A DNA stretch of 64,000 nt from Felis catus (GCF_018350175.1 NC_058368.1:41108001-41172000), one strand, 5' to 3'. Positions 52,611 through 64,000 are shown, numbered from the stretch's first letter. A program made the numbers and translations. The notes: generated by a model from the sequence alone, not told the origin.

Positions 52611-52772
52611 GGGGAACCTGGGTAGCTCAGTCAGTTGAGCGTCTGACTCCTCTGGTTTTGGCTCAGGTCATAATCTCTCAGTTTGTCGGTTGGAGCACTG
52701 AGTTGGTCTCCATGCTGACAGTGTAGAACTTTCTTGGGATTCTCTCCCTCTCTGCCCACCCCTCCCCTGCTT

Positions 52773-52816
<44 letters not shown>

Positions 52817-52827
52817 AAATAAGTAAG

Positions 52828-52862
<35 letters not shown>

Positions 52863-52867
52863 ATATT
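52611..52867 (+). mobile_element. CAN-SINE (first of tandem pair), (CT)n and (TAAA)n tail
   Basis: GGGGAACCTGGGTAGCTCAG head; flanked by AAAAGTCAGGTTTTA and AAAATTCAGGTTTTA. Confidence 0.95.
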
Positions 52868-52882
52868 AAAATTCAGGTTTTA

Positions 52883-53055
52883 GGGGCACCTGGGTGGCTC
52901 AGTCAATTAAGTGACCAACTCTTGATTTTAGCTTAGGTCATAGTCCTAGGCTTATGTCATAGAGCCCAGCATCAGGCTCCACACTGAGCATGAATCCTGC
53001 TTAAGATTCTCTCTCTCCCTCTCTCTCTCTAAAAAATAAAAATAATACAAAAATT
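52883..53055 (+). mobile_element. CAN-SINE (second of tandem pair)
   Basis: GGGGCACCTGGGTGGCTCAG head, CCTGCTTAAGATTCTCTC body; followed by AAAGTCAGGTTTTA. Confidence 0.95.
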
Positions 53056-53757
53056 AAAGTCAGGTTTTAAATTCCATGGGAACATTCCTGAAAAGAACAC
53101 TTCTTTGAAAGAATTAAGCATAGTACCACAATAACAACTGAGGACTGAAGAGCAGAAATACAGGAGAAAAAGAGAGTGTAACTATTCTAACCTCTACTGC
53201 TGCCATCACCCTGTGCATACACACATATTACTTCTACTTACTGCTACTAACAAATACTAATTAAACATACACAATTTAAGAAATTGAGTTGAGCCACGAT
53301 TATCTCAGTACTTAGCAAGTCTGTACTAACATAATGATTAACACCTGAGTTTTAATCATATATTTTTCAGGTATATATCTACTAGGATAGTCAGGACTAA
53401 ATATTGGAAATAACAGGAGATAAAAATAAAGTAAATGACAGAGAGAGAATACAAAGAAATTTACAAGGCTCATGTTTTCATACCTGGAAGTTTTATTTGA
53501 CTTTATATCACTTGGTTCCTCATTTTAGAAATTAATTAAATACAGTACTATCATATTTATACATCCTTAATTTTCAAAAAATATATGAAAGTGTCATACA
53601 TTTAAAAAATAGTTTTATGCATACATTTAAATGAACATTATATTAATATTAAATGAACATTGATATTAAAATAATAAACAGATGGCGTTTAACAGATGAA
53701 CACAAGGACACAGAAATAATTGCAAGCAGTTGTTTAAAATAGAAGTATGAATTTTCT

Positions 53758-53876
53758 TTTCTTTTTTTTTTGAATGTTTATTAAACAGAGCCCAATGCAG
53801 GTTCGAACCCACAGACCGTGAGATCATGACCTGAGCCAAAGTCGATCGCTTAACCTACTGAGCCACCCAGGTGCCC
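53758..53876 (-). mobile_element. CAN-SINE with large internal deletion
   Basis: Head and poly-T tail present but (CT)n region missing; TSD AGAA(G/T)TATGAATTTTCT at 53741-53757 and 53877-53893. Confidence 0.9.
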
Positions 53877-54969
53877 AGAATTATGAATTTTCTAATCAAA
53901 TTGATGTTGTTTTTGAGCCCTGCATCACTTAGTGACTTTACATTGAGCATATTATATCATTATAAATTAATATTTATTAATTTTATCTATATGTTATTTA
54001 TTTATTTTTTAAAATAATACAGATTTATTCTCTCACAGTTCTGGACGTTAGAAATATCTTTAAAATGGTGATTAAAAAGTAGCACTCAACTCATACTGCC
54101 ATTATGAGCATGATACTTTTGTCATAATAAAGTAAAAGTACTTAGCCTGGTGACCAGCACCTAATAAGAACTGAATAAAGACAAAACTATTTTATTATTA
54201 ATAATGTCTCCAGGACCTTCTCTAAACTGTCAGTCAAAACTCTAACCATGATACAAAATTGGAATAAAGCACTTTGAGTTCTTTCAAAGAAAGAGAGGGT
54301 TGAAAGATGAGGCACATTACCCGTAAGGTCTTTCACCTCAGGGCAGTGCCTTTGTCTTTTCCAACAGCTGGTTGAATCTAACACAATGCTTAACATGCAG
54401 TAAGTACTAAATCATTTCTTGTAGGATGAATGAGCTCTTTCATATGGAAGGCAACCCAAGTTACAAAGAATTAAGCTTAATAGGGTATGCTTTGAATGAT
54501 ACCTTATCTGAAATAAAACAATACAATAAAACAATGCATATTTTCAAAGGCAGGATGTTTTATTAAAAACTGAATTAAGAGAAGTGAACTGATATTAATG
54601 GAAAAATATGCAGTTCAACTCAGATTTTGCCCTCTGTTAAAAAATATAAGACTGAAACAATGTTTTCTCTAAGTTTTTAAATTGTGGCTAGAAAATCATG
54701 ATGAACTGACCAGCAAACTTGGTAAAATGAAAAAAGTATGGTTTTTATTCAACTATAACTTACAACCTGACACATATGGAAAGATACTCACAGTCCTAAA
54801 TATATTATAGAGTAATTAGAAAAAATGATAAGCATTTCAAAGAAGTGATTATGATCTATGTTGCCTTTTATGCATCTAGACCTAAATTTCAGTTTTCCTT
54901 ATTTCAATGTATTGAATTTTCAGTATTCCAATCATCATTATTGTTAACAGATTCCCAAATATTACACAG

Positions 54970-55522
54970 TGTATTATTCAGCGTTCTCCAGAGACACAGA
55001 ATCAAAAGGGCATATAAAAATATGTGTAAGGAGAGCTATATTATGGGAACTGGCTCACATGGTTTGGAGGCAGAGATGCCAAGCTATCTGCCAGCTGCAA
55101 ACTGGATCACCAAGAAAGCTGATGGTGTAATTCATCTGGGGTCCGAAGCCCGGAACCAGGACAGCAGATGGCGAAACCCAGTCTGAGACCAAAGACCTGA
55201 GAAGGGAGGGCCTCTTATGTATGCCCTAGAGTCTGAAGGCCCAAGCATCGTAGCTGTAAGGCAGGAGAAGATGAACATTCCAGCTCAGGTAGAGAGAGAA
55301 AGAAGAGAGAATTTGTCCTTCCTCCCCTTTTGTTCTTTTCAGTCTTCAATGGACAGGACGATGCCCACATTGGCAAAGGCAGAACTTCTTCACTCAATCT
55401 ACTAATACAAATGCTAACCTCTTCCAGAAACACTTTTACAGACACACACAGAAGTAATGTTTTACCTGTTATCTGGGCATCCCTTAACCCAGTCACGTTG
55501 ACACCTACAATTAATCATCACA
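54970..55522 (-). mobile_element. MLT2B-like ERV-L solo LTR
   Basis: TGTATTATTCAGCGTTCTCCAGAGACACAGAA ... CCCAGTCACGTTGACACCTACAATTAATCATCACA; 5-bp flanks CACAG/CATGG, consistent with CpG decay of CACGG. Confidence 0.92.
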
Positions 55523-56477
55523 CATGGTAATATCATGTTCTTACTACTAACCCTTTGCAATCTCAATACACACTCATTCACAGATGAACCCACTTTAGTG
55601 GACAGACTTACTGATTTTCATTCTCTATTTTTCCCTCTTATCTCACTTTCCAAAATTTCGGACTCTTGGTTCAGATGTCATTTATTAATTCCTTCCCTCC
55701 TTGGAGTCTTTTAGCAGCTATTCTTAGCGCTCCTTCCTACTTTGGAGTCCATATCTATACTGTTAGTGGAGTTGCCTTCTGTTAGTAGGGTGCAGAGGAA
55801 AAATAAACCATAGCATAATCACTGTACTTTCAGTGAAGGAGAGCAGCTCAGTGTTGGGCTGATAGGAGATTGTACACAAGCAACCAATCAATGCAAAGGA
55901 GAGGGAAGAAAAAGAATATTGGGCTGAAGGAAGTAGGCCTATTTTTGTCCAAATATCCACATGTTGTATTGTTGGGATAAGAATTAGACAATTTTATGTT
56001 AGTCAAAATGGAGACCTATCACTGTCACCTCTCTCTCCTTACAGATACAACCTTTTCACTTGCTTTTGGCTAAGACTTTTAAAACGGTTTCAAATATTTA
56101 TTGTCTAAATAAGACAAGAGAGTTAAAGTGAAAATATCTGTGATCATTAACATGTTGAGGTTACTTTTGTTTTTCAAAATAAATTATATCTGATTGAAAT
56201 TTTTTACACAACCTTATTGAGATATAATTCACATATCATACTACATACATTTAAAGTGAACAGTCTGTTTATTATTTCATTCCCTCTGATATCTTTAGGC
56301 TTCGTTTGCTTCTCTTTTTCTAGATGGTTGAGGTAGAAGATTGAGATACTGATTTCATATCTGAGGGGCAAAAACATCACCTGCTTGGTTTGAGAGTCAG
56401 AGATTGTACAAAATTAAGAGAGACCTTTGGACCCCCAGAAATCTATTAGCAAGAAGACTGAGAGATCTATTCAGTTG

Positions 56478-56967
56478 TGTCAGTGGCAAATATCATTTCC
56501 TGGCCTCAGTTCTTGAATTCAGCCAAGAAAGATCTCAGAGCCAAACTTTTAAGCAAGCAAGCATTTTCAGCTGTGAAAGCAAAAACACACTCTGGAGGTG
56601 GGAAATGGATGGGCCCAGAGTTGTCAACTCCATCAAGGGCCAGAGTTAGTCTTTTCTTTTTGTGTTCGAATAGGTTATGATAGCTCCTGTCATCTAAGGG
56701 ACTTCTCCTACTGGTTGGGAGGGGGAAGATTTGTCCCTAAATGGGTTCCTTGTTGGAACTGTTTTGGCAGCCATCCCTCACAATGAGGATCAAAACCACA
56801 ATGTAAATGTACTATAAAGAAGCTATAGATTCCTCTAGTGGTCATAGGGGAGAATGCATGTGTGTTCCCAGGGTCTCTCCTGGCTCTTTGAAACTCGGTT
56901 TCTGCCCTTCTTAATAGTCAGAAACATCTGTTCCCTGCTCATATCTAGCTAACTGCCTACTCTGTCA
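56478..56967 (-). mobile_element. ERV1-class solo LTR (MER50-like start)
   Basis: Minus strand begins TGACAGAGTAGGCAGTTAGCTAGATATGAGCAGG and ends ...GCCACTGACA; 4-bp flanks GTTG/CTTG. Confidence 0.75.
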
Positions 56968-57457
56968 CTTGCGGATGCATGTTATGTTTTATGAAAAAAA
57001 GAAAAAGGAAACATGACTAAGAGGATGGTACCATGAGCCCTGAGGGCAGAATTGAAATTCATGGGAAATTATTCCCTGGCCTGAGACCTACTCAAAGAAC
57101 TGCCAAAATTTGACTGATTGGATGTCACAATTTCTGTGAAGTAGTTTCTTCCTTTTCCTACTGATTTTTTGTTTTTCTTTTGAACTAGAATACTTATAGT
57201 GGCTATCCTCTGCCTATCCAGATATTGTATGTTGGGTGTTTGTTGAGGAAAGGGAGGCCAATTACTTATCTCTTTACTTTCTCAGACCCACAGATTTGGA
57301 GAAGGCACACCTGAGGTGCTGTAACTAAGCAACTACATTTGAGTCTCTTTATTTATACCTGGACCTGATTTAGATGTTGAGATTATGGACTCTGAACTAA
57401 TGCTATAAGGATGAGACTAGAGGTAATTTGGAGGGGATAGAGTACATTTTACACAGT

Positions 57458-58083
57458 TGTTTTGTATGGAAGTTGTTTGTGTGACTTGTCATGCATTTCT
57501 GCCCAAAGCCCCACATGCATAATCATGAGGGCCTTAGTTGGCTTGTACTCCATATCTGGCCTTGGGATCAGAACTGGTCCTTCTGTTTCTGACACCAAGA
57601 GGGATTAACTTGCCAGAACAGGCTAGCCCCCTGGAATGGATCAGGGAGGGAAGAGAAATATGCATACGTCCAGGCTTCTAAGATTGTGAGATATGATAAG
57701 AGAAACAGAAAAAAAAAAAGGCTTATCAGGACTGCACTTAGGTGAACCTAATGATTAACCATAAATCACAGATGGGTAGTATATATATTGCTCTGGGAAT
57801 AGCTAGCTGGAAGTCTCACCTGAGGGGAGGACGCTCTGCCCAGGACCCTCAACTGGGACTCCAACCTGGCTGTTCATTGAGGGGCTACCCCAGCCAGAAG
57901 GTTATATGTTGTGAGTACTCAATTTGATGTATTAAGCTTTCTTTGTTCTTCTCTATTCTTCTCTCCCTCTTTATGTTTACTATAATTGTTTAATTTCTTA
58001 TACTCCCTTTCCCTTACAATTAATAAAGTTTTTCTCCATGAAACCGAAAGTGCGGCTATCTTGAATTAGTCTTATTCAGAACA
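57458..58083 (+). mobile_element. Solo LTR of unassigned family (5-bp TSD, ERV-L-like)
   Basis: Termini TGTTTTG...CAGAACA; TATA-like TATATATA at ~57780; AATAAA at ~58022; flanks ACAGT/GCAGT. Confidence 0.7.
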
Positions 58084-58124
58084 GCAGTAGAGGGATATGA
58101 CTCACTGGATACTTAAGGGAAGAC

Positions 58125-58647
58125 TGTGGTGGGCTCTAGTATGGCCCCCAATGAACTTTGCCTCCTGGTTCATGCTCTGATGTAATTTCCTTTACTGAAT
58201 GTGGGCTCTACTTATTTACTTGATTCTAGTGAACAAATATGGCAGAAGTAAAGAGATGTCACTTCTGGTATTATGTTTTAAAAAGAGTTTTCCATCTTGG
58301 GAATCCTTTCTTGTTTCTCTGTCACTCTAACTTTAGTTGTCTCTATCTCTTACTTTTCTTTAAAGAAAGCAAGGTTGTCACAGTGTCTGTATTTCTGTGG
58401 AACTGGCCACATGTTAAGCCAACAGCCTCTTGAGGGTGCTTAGAAGCAGTTCCTCCTCCACATGAGCCTAAAATGACTGCGGTCAACATTTTGATTGCAG
58501 CTTTGTGAAATACCCTTAGTTAAATTCATCCAACTACATTGTTCCCAAATTCCTGCCCTACAGAAAACTGTAAGATAATAGGTGGTCTGTGTTTTCAGCT
58601 GCTAAGTTTTGGGATAATTTGTTACACAGCAATGAATAATGAATACA
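58125..58647 (+). mobile_element. MLT1F-like MaLR 3' LTR
   Basis: TGTGGT...ATGGCCCCCAATGAACTTTGCCTCCTGG, TATGGCAGAAGT, ends GCTAAGTTTTGGGATAATTTGTTACACAGCAATGAATAATGAATACA. Confidence 0.88.
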
Positions 58648-59305
58648 TTGGGTTACGAAATGCCTTACTAAACCTCAGCTCTGGCTTCTGTAAATCCTTT
58701 TAAATAACAAAAGATGAGAGGAAATGGCATGTTATAGCTCCCAGAAATTATGGTTCTCTTTAGCTGTAATGCATTTCTTTTGCTAAAACATAGAAAGCGG
58801 GCATATTCATTACCCATGACACACATACTAAAGCGATATTTTTATTTGTAAATACTACAACAAATTTCAAGTATGTCATCTAAGAAGCTGTTCAGTGTTG
58901 ATAAAGCTGTTCTTCAGTTGTCCCAGAGGGGATTTTAGAAAAGGATAAGATTCAAGCACAAATAAATTGCTTAGTACTAATATATATTATTTACGCATAT
59001 ATATGTAATATATATACAATATATCAATATATATATATACTTTATGAGACCAAAATAATAAGATAATCAAACTCTCAGCCTGAATTCATTGGTCATCTGA
59101 GAGACTGAATTTCATTGTTCTGTCTTGAAATTTAGAAGAGTGTGTATTTCACTGAAGTTACACATAAAAAATGGATCAGTTATACCAATGATTTTTTAAA
59201 ATCATTGTAGCCTTGGCTACGAAATAAAAAACAAAATAAAATATGTCACCCCAAATCTGATTAAATTAATATAAAAGTTAAATTGACATTTCATAAGTTA
59301 TTTTT

Positions 59306-59409
59306 AAAAATATGGAACACATCATGAATTTGTGTGTCATCCTTATGCAGGGGCCTTGCAAATCTCTATATCATTCCAATTTTAGTATATGTGCTGCTGC
59401 AGTAAGCAT
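59306..59409 (-). pseudogene. RNU6: U6 snRNA retropseudogene (full length, diverged)
   Basis: Reverse complement aligns to all of U6: ...CAGCACATATACTAAAATTGGAATGATATAGAGA-TTTGCAAGGCCCCTGCATAAGGATGACACACAAATTCATGATGTGTTCCATATTTTT; many CpG-type transitions; short A tail. Confidence 0.95.
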
Positions 59410-60499
59410 GCTAACTTTTGTTCCAATAGAATCCTTATCCCCTTAGCAATTTGATAAAGAATATAATAAATATATGCCATCACTAATTTGAAATTGAATT
59501 ATTTGCTACTTAGGTTTTTATAGGTACCGTGCTAAATGAGAATATTAGCAATGCATGTATTTTTTCTACTTAATGGTTAATAGTTTGTCTTTCCATTTTG
59601 CCTATTTTTTGTATGCCTGGAAATTAAGAGATAGATGTATTTATATCTTATTATCTTCTTCTTCTTTTTTTTTTTTTGCCCCAGAACATGCTTTTAAATC
59701 ATTGTTCCTTACTGTCATACACTGCTTCTTATTGATTAGATATTTTTTTACTGAGCAAGTTGGTTATATCAATAAATTGTCAGACTTAGTTATAACATTA
59801 ACAGAAAGATAATACAGATAGTACCTTCTTAGTACTAAATAAAGAATGGTCCTTGAGGTCAAGAAGCATAGAGTCAAGGAAATTAAACAATTAAACAAAC
59901 AATTGTGATTAAGTGTTTTAGGGGTATAAGTTAGGTACAAAGGATTTAACACCATTGATGATGGATTGTAAAATTTGAGTTATGGAAAAGTGAAGACAGG
60001 ATGTCTTCATAAATGGTGACTCCATGTGAGGTAAATGGATTTGAGAGATTGACAAAGTCAAAGAATTATGAATGCAGATCTTAATTTTAGCACAAATTTG
60101 CTATGTGGCTGGAAGAGTTACCAAAATAATGAAAGGCTTCTTTTTTATGAAAGAGGTCTTCTTCATCACCCTTAACTTATAGGAGGATTTGGAATTGTGC
60201 TGTGAGTCAGAGAAGGGGAACGTGTGTTTGTTTCAACATTCTAGGAAAAACTACATTATGTCTCCACCAACCTACAGTAGTGAGAGAGAAAATCTGTGGC
60301 CATGATACCATGTGATATATGTATTTGATACCATGATTCTAGAACTAAATTCCCTTAATTTTAAAACAAATATTGGTACTAATTCCATTAAGCCCAACAT
60401 TCCTCTGTAAGTTTGCCTCTACCAAAAATCTTGAACACCTGTTTTTATTTTCTTTTTGTCAAATGGACTCCTATTTCATTTCAGTGTTCTGAGTTGCAT

Positions 60500-60990
60500 G
60501 ATCTCATGCCCCATCTTCCTTCTCAAAACTTTCATTATGCTTTCTAAAGCTCTTGATCTGTGACAACCTTGCTCTCATTAACTTAGAATAAAATGGAAAT
60601 AGGGCCAATTTTTGTCTGGCCTGCTTTGCTTCTCTAATGTCACGTCACTCTCTCCCCAGCTCACCACGTTCTAGCATCGTTGATTCTCTGACTCTACATC
60701 ATGCTATATGCTTTCCTTTTCCAGGTACTTTGCACTTGATTTCCCTTATGTCTGAAAATTCATCTGCTGGTTATTTGGTAACCAACTCCTTCCATTCCTT
60801 CAGATCATAATTTAGGTTGTCTCTACATGAAGTCTATCCTCCTTACCTTCTATCACCTTAATTTATAGCCTCTCACACACAATATTATTATCTATTGAAT
60901 CTCCCTTCTAATTCTGTTTCATTGGCTTGATTTTGTTGTGTGTTTATTTTTTGTTTATTGTTGGTAAGTCTCACTTCATAATGAGAATAT
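60500..60990 (+). mobile_element. L2 3' region
   Basis: CTTAGAATAAAATG, CTTTGCACTTGATTTCCC...TCTGAAAA, CATTCCTTCAGATCA. Confidence 0.65.
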
Positions 60991-60997
60991 AAAACCT

Positions 60998-61185
60998 GGG
61001 GGTTCTGGGTGGCTCAGTCAGTCAAACATCCAACTTTGGCTCAGATCATAATCTCGCAGTTCGTGAGTTCGAGACCCACATCGGGCTCTCTGTTGTCAGC
61101 ACAAAGCCTCCTCTATCTCTCTCTCTCTGTCCCTCTCCTGCTCTCTCTCTCTGTTTGAAAAATAAATTAAAAAATAACAAAGTAT
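60998..61185 (+). mobile_element. CAN-SINE
   Basis: GGGGGTTCTGGGTGGCTCAG head, GTTCGAGACCC B-box, CT tract, A tail. Confidence 0.93.
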
Positions 61186-61196
61186 AAATAAAACTT

Positions 61197-61385
61197 AAAT
61201 GTTTAATGCAATATTGCTTTCAATATACTAGTAGCAAGCATTTTTGTATTGTCCATTCTGTGTGAAGTAGTAGGCATTGAATAGTATAAGATATGCAGTT
61301 TTTTTTTCCAACACGTAGTCACCAAAAAAGAAAAACAAAGTAAAAACAATTTAGTACATGGGAAGCAATATTGCATTAAACATTT
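61197..61385. repeat. Inverted repeat, 34-bp arms, 121-bp spacer
   Basis: 61197-61230 vs reverse complement of 61352-61385: 31/34 identical, outer 23 bp perfect. Confidence 0.9.
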
Positions 61386-61714
61386 CTTAAGGGTTCTGAG
61401 ACAGTTAATGTATTCCTGAAATTTAGATTATTATAAATGAGTCATTTTCAGCAGGGAACATTCTTATTTTTCTTAAAATTGAAGTCTTTTATTCAGGATA
61501 CCATTATTTTTAAGATACTTAACTTTATGTGTTTTTTTCTCTTCTTTCCACAAAGGCAAAGAAATGGGCACTATAAAAGGAACAATCACATTCTCTGATC
61601 CCTTGTAATCATTCAAATAAGCTAATTATTAATATGTAGCTTTTCAAGTTTTGAATCTTCAAACTCACACACTTTGAGGGAGAAAAATGAAGTAATTAGA
61701 CCTGGTTTTTGTGA

Positions 61715-62400
61715 ATACCCCCATTTACGGAATATATATTATGGGCTACATTGCTAGGTGCTTTGTCCTCTCTCATTCTATGCCATTTAATTTTTGGCTT
61801 GTACTAACAATGTTGTGATTACTAATAACAATAAGAAGATAAATAAGACAAGACAAAAAAATAAGAGGAAACTCAGTTTGAGAGATTAAGAAGTTTCTCA
61901 AAGGTAGTTATAAAAGTGTGTGTGATGGTTAATGTTATGTGTCAATTTGGGCCACAATGCCCAGATATTTGGTGAAATATTATTCTCTACATATCTGGGT
62001 GTTTCTGTGAGGATGGTTTGGGGTGATATTGACATTTAAATCCATGGGCTGTCTGTAAAACATATTGTCCTCCATAATTTGGGTGGGCCTCATCCAATCA
62101 GTTGAGGGTCTGACTATAATAAAGACTGATCTTTGAGCAAGTTGAAATTCTACTTGCAAATGACACTCAGACCAGGACTACAACATCAACTTTTCCCTGG
62201 ATTTCCAGTCTGCATATTTTGGAACTTGTAGTCTTCATAACCATATGAGTCATTTCCTTAAGATAAATCTCTGTAGATATACACATGCTGTTGATTCTGT
62301 TTCTCTGGAGAACTCTGAAAAATACAGAGTGGATCAAGGATTATAACCCATAACTATCTGATCCCCAAACCCCCCTAGTTTTACCAAAATACACAATATA
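61715..62400 (-). mobile_element. MIR, split by an MLT2 LTR
   Basis: TTGCTAGGTGCTTT, GAGGAAACTCAG...GAGATTAAG, resumes after 62326 with GGATTATAACCCA...TCTGATCCCCAAA. Confidence 0.65.
61921..62326 (+). mobile_element. MLT2C/D-like ERV-L solo LTR
   Basis: TGTGATGGTTAATGTTATGTGTCAA ... TCTGTTTCTCTGGAGAACTCTGAAAAATACA; flanks GTGTG/GAGTG. Confidence 0.92.
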
Positions 62401-62539
62401 CCTTCTTGCAAAAGATAAACCTCCAAGAAAGATTTGGTCAGACTTCAGAGTATAGCATATTTTAGCTGATAGTTTAGGCAATTGGGTAGGAACCAGGCTG
62501 AAAGACTAAAGTTATAAATTGATATAAAGGAGAAATAGC

Positions 62540-63265
62540 AGCATTGTACAGTAGTTGAGAACACAGAATTGAGAACAGGAAGCCCAGTGTTTCAATTCCA
62601 GCTGTACTGTCTAACTGGGAGTACCTGGGCAAGTTCTTTAACCTCCCTATAATGAAACTTGTAGGAACCCACCCAGTTCTGCTTGGATCTAGATCCTTTT
62701 TAACTGTTTTGTTCATTCCAGTTTGCTTTACCTATGTGTTATTTGCTTCAAACTGCTACAGTAGGGACTCTATTCAGAGGACTCCCATTTGCAACTAAAG
62801 CTGTTTTGACTACAGGTAGACAGATAGGACGTGCCTGGAAGCTTATAACTGCCTGGGGTATTGTTAGCCAAGGACTAACTGGTGTAGTAGGGTGAAAATT
62901 CAGCTCATTTGTCTTCGAGATAATATATAAGGCCTAATTTATATTCTAGAACTTCCCTCTGGGATAAGGCCATGCTTAGCTAGAAATTACACCTTACTTG
63001 GTTTCTTTATCTTTCCAACCTGCTTCCTCCATTTCCTTCTGGTTTCTCCTGGGAGCACTTTCTAGATAAATCATTTGCTTAATAATCCTCTTGCCAGTCT
63101 CCTTTGGGGAAAATTGAATAAAGACATCAAGTTTCTCATCTCTACAGTTGGAATGTACTCTTTAAGTCAAAGGTTGTTGTGACGGTTAAGTGAATTAGTA
63201 CATACAGAACACTTATAACAATAACTAACACATTTAATGTGATAAATATGTCTTAGTATATTAAT
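62540..63265 (+). mobile_element. MIR, split by an LTR16-like element
   Basis: CCTGGGCAAGTTCTTTAACCTC before 62655; resumes GTTTCTCATCT...GGTTGTTGTGACGGTTAAGTGA after 63126. Confidence 0.75.
62660..63126 (+). mobile_element. LTR16-like ERV-L solo LTR
   Basis: TG...CA termini; TTTGCTTCAAACTGC, AGCCAAGGACTAACTGG, GGTTTCTCCTGGGAGCACTT...ATAAATCATTTGC...AAGACA. Confidence 0.78.
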
Positions 63266-63279
63266 TACAAAATACTGAA

Positions 63280-64000
63280 ACAATATATGTTCAATTAAAA
63301 CCACAAAAAACTTGTCGAATGCTTACTATGTAGTATACACATTCTATGCATCAAAAAACAAGTAATCAGCTATCCCATATTTACTCTCAAGTATATTCAA
63401 TCTACATAGAGAGACAAGCTAATATTAATAAATGCAACCTAGTCAATATAATGATAGCAGTACATATTGAGTGCTAATGGTTTTCTGAATAGTAATATAA
63501 AAAAGTCATCTTGGGAACAGAACTCAGCCCAAGTAATCAAGGAAGATATTTGTCAAAATGGCTAAGTAGGGATTACACAGTTCAAAAAGTGTGGAGGATT
63601 ATGGGGAGTGAAATAGAGACAATATATGCAATGTTTGAAGTATTTGGAAGAGTTTTGCAAATTATTATTATTTGAGTTGAGTGTAGATGTGTCTGCTTAT
63701 GTGCATTTGTCTGTAAATGTATGTCAAAGTATGTGGTGATATATGTGTGTATGTGTGTGTGTCTAGTTGGGAGTGTATTGTGCATGGCAGAGAGAGTAAG
63801 AGAGAAGGTATATACATGAATCTGTGTTGAGGTGTATTTAGGGGCTTAGGATTGGCATGGAGGCTGAAGAGATAGGCAGAAACTGTGTTAGCATTCTGAT
63901 ATATTCAGGAGTTTGTACTTTATCTTAAAGGCAATGTCAAGTCAAGGATAGATTTTAGTAGGGGAATGGAATATTAGACAAGTTTGGCAACCGTTTAGAA
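63280..64000 (-). mobile_element. L2 3' region (runs off window)
   Basis: GAATGCTTACTATGT; GGAGTTTGTACTTTATCTTAAAGGCAATG; GATTTTAGTAGGGGAATG. Confidence 0.7.

Larger units (their letters stand above)
56362..58124 (+). mobile_element. MaLR (MLT1F-type) internal region, split by two LTR insertions
   Basis: TTGTATGTTGGGTG, ACTTATCTCTTTA...CCACAGATT, CTGGACCTGATTTAGATG; purine tract AAGGGAAGAC directly before the 3' LTR. Confidence 0.7.

Noticed and set aside
1..64000. A novel multi-gene system, CRISPR array or prokaryotic-type locus
   Set aside because: The window is mammalian repeat-rich DNA; there is no regularly spaced repeat array and no long intact ORF, and all recognisable coding remnants are L1 or ERV-L.

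Overview
This is AT-rich mammalian genomic DNA, almost certainly felid, judged from about 21 CAN-SINEs (including young SINEC_Fc-type copies) and carnivore-type L1s. I find no credible host protein-coding exon, so it reads as intergenic or deep intronic sequence; the listed short ORFs come from repeats, microsatellites or chance. Main contents: a decayed full-length carnivore L1 (~31.5-38.2 kb, +), a 5'-truncated young L1 3' end, decayed ERV-L protease/RT/connection sequence (45.7-48.9 kb, -) carrying nested insertions, and many MaLR/ERVL/ERV1 LTRs. There is also a Charlie1 hAT fossil, L2/MIR/old-L1 fragments and a full-length U6 snRNA retropseudogene. The most notable structures are a 179-bp templated local duplication, two SINEs inserted at the same target site, a 34-bp inverted repeat and a strong CTCF-like motif. 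I see no evidence of a novel biological system. Repeat family names are from recalled consensus sequences, not a database search, and boundaries of old elements are approximate.
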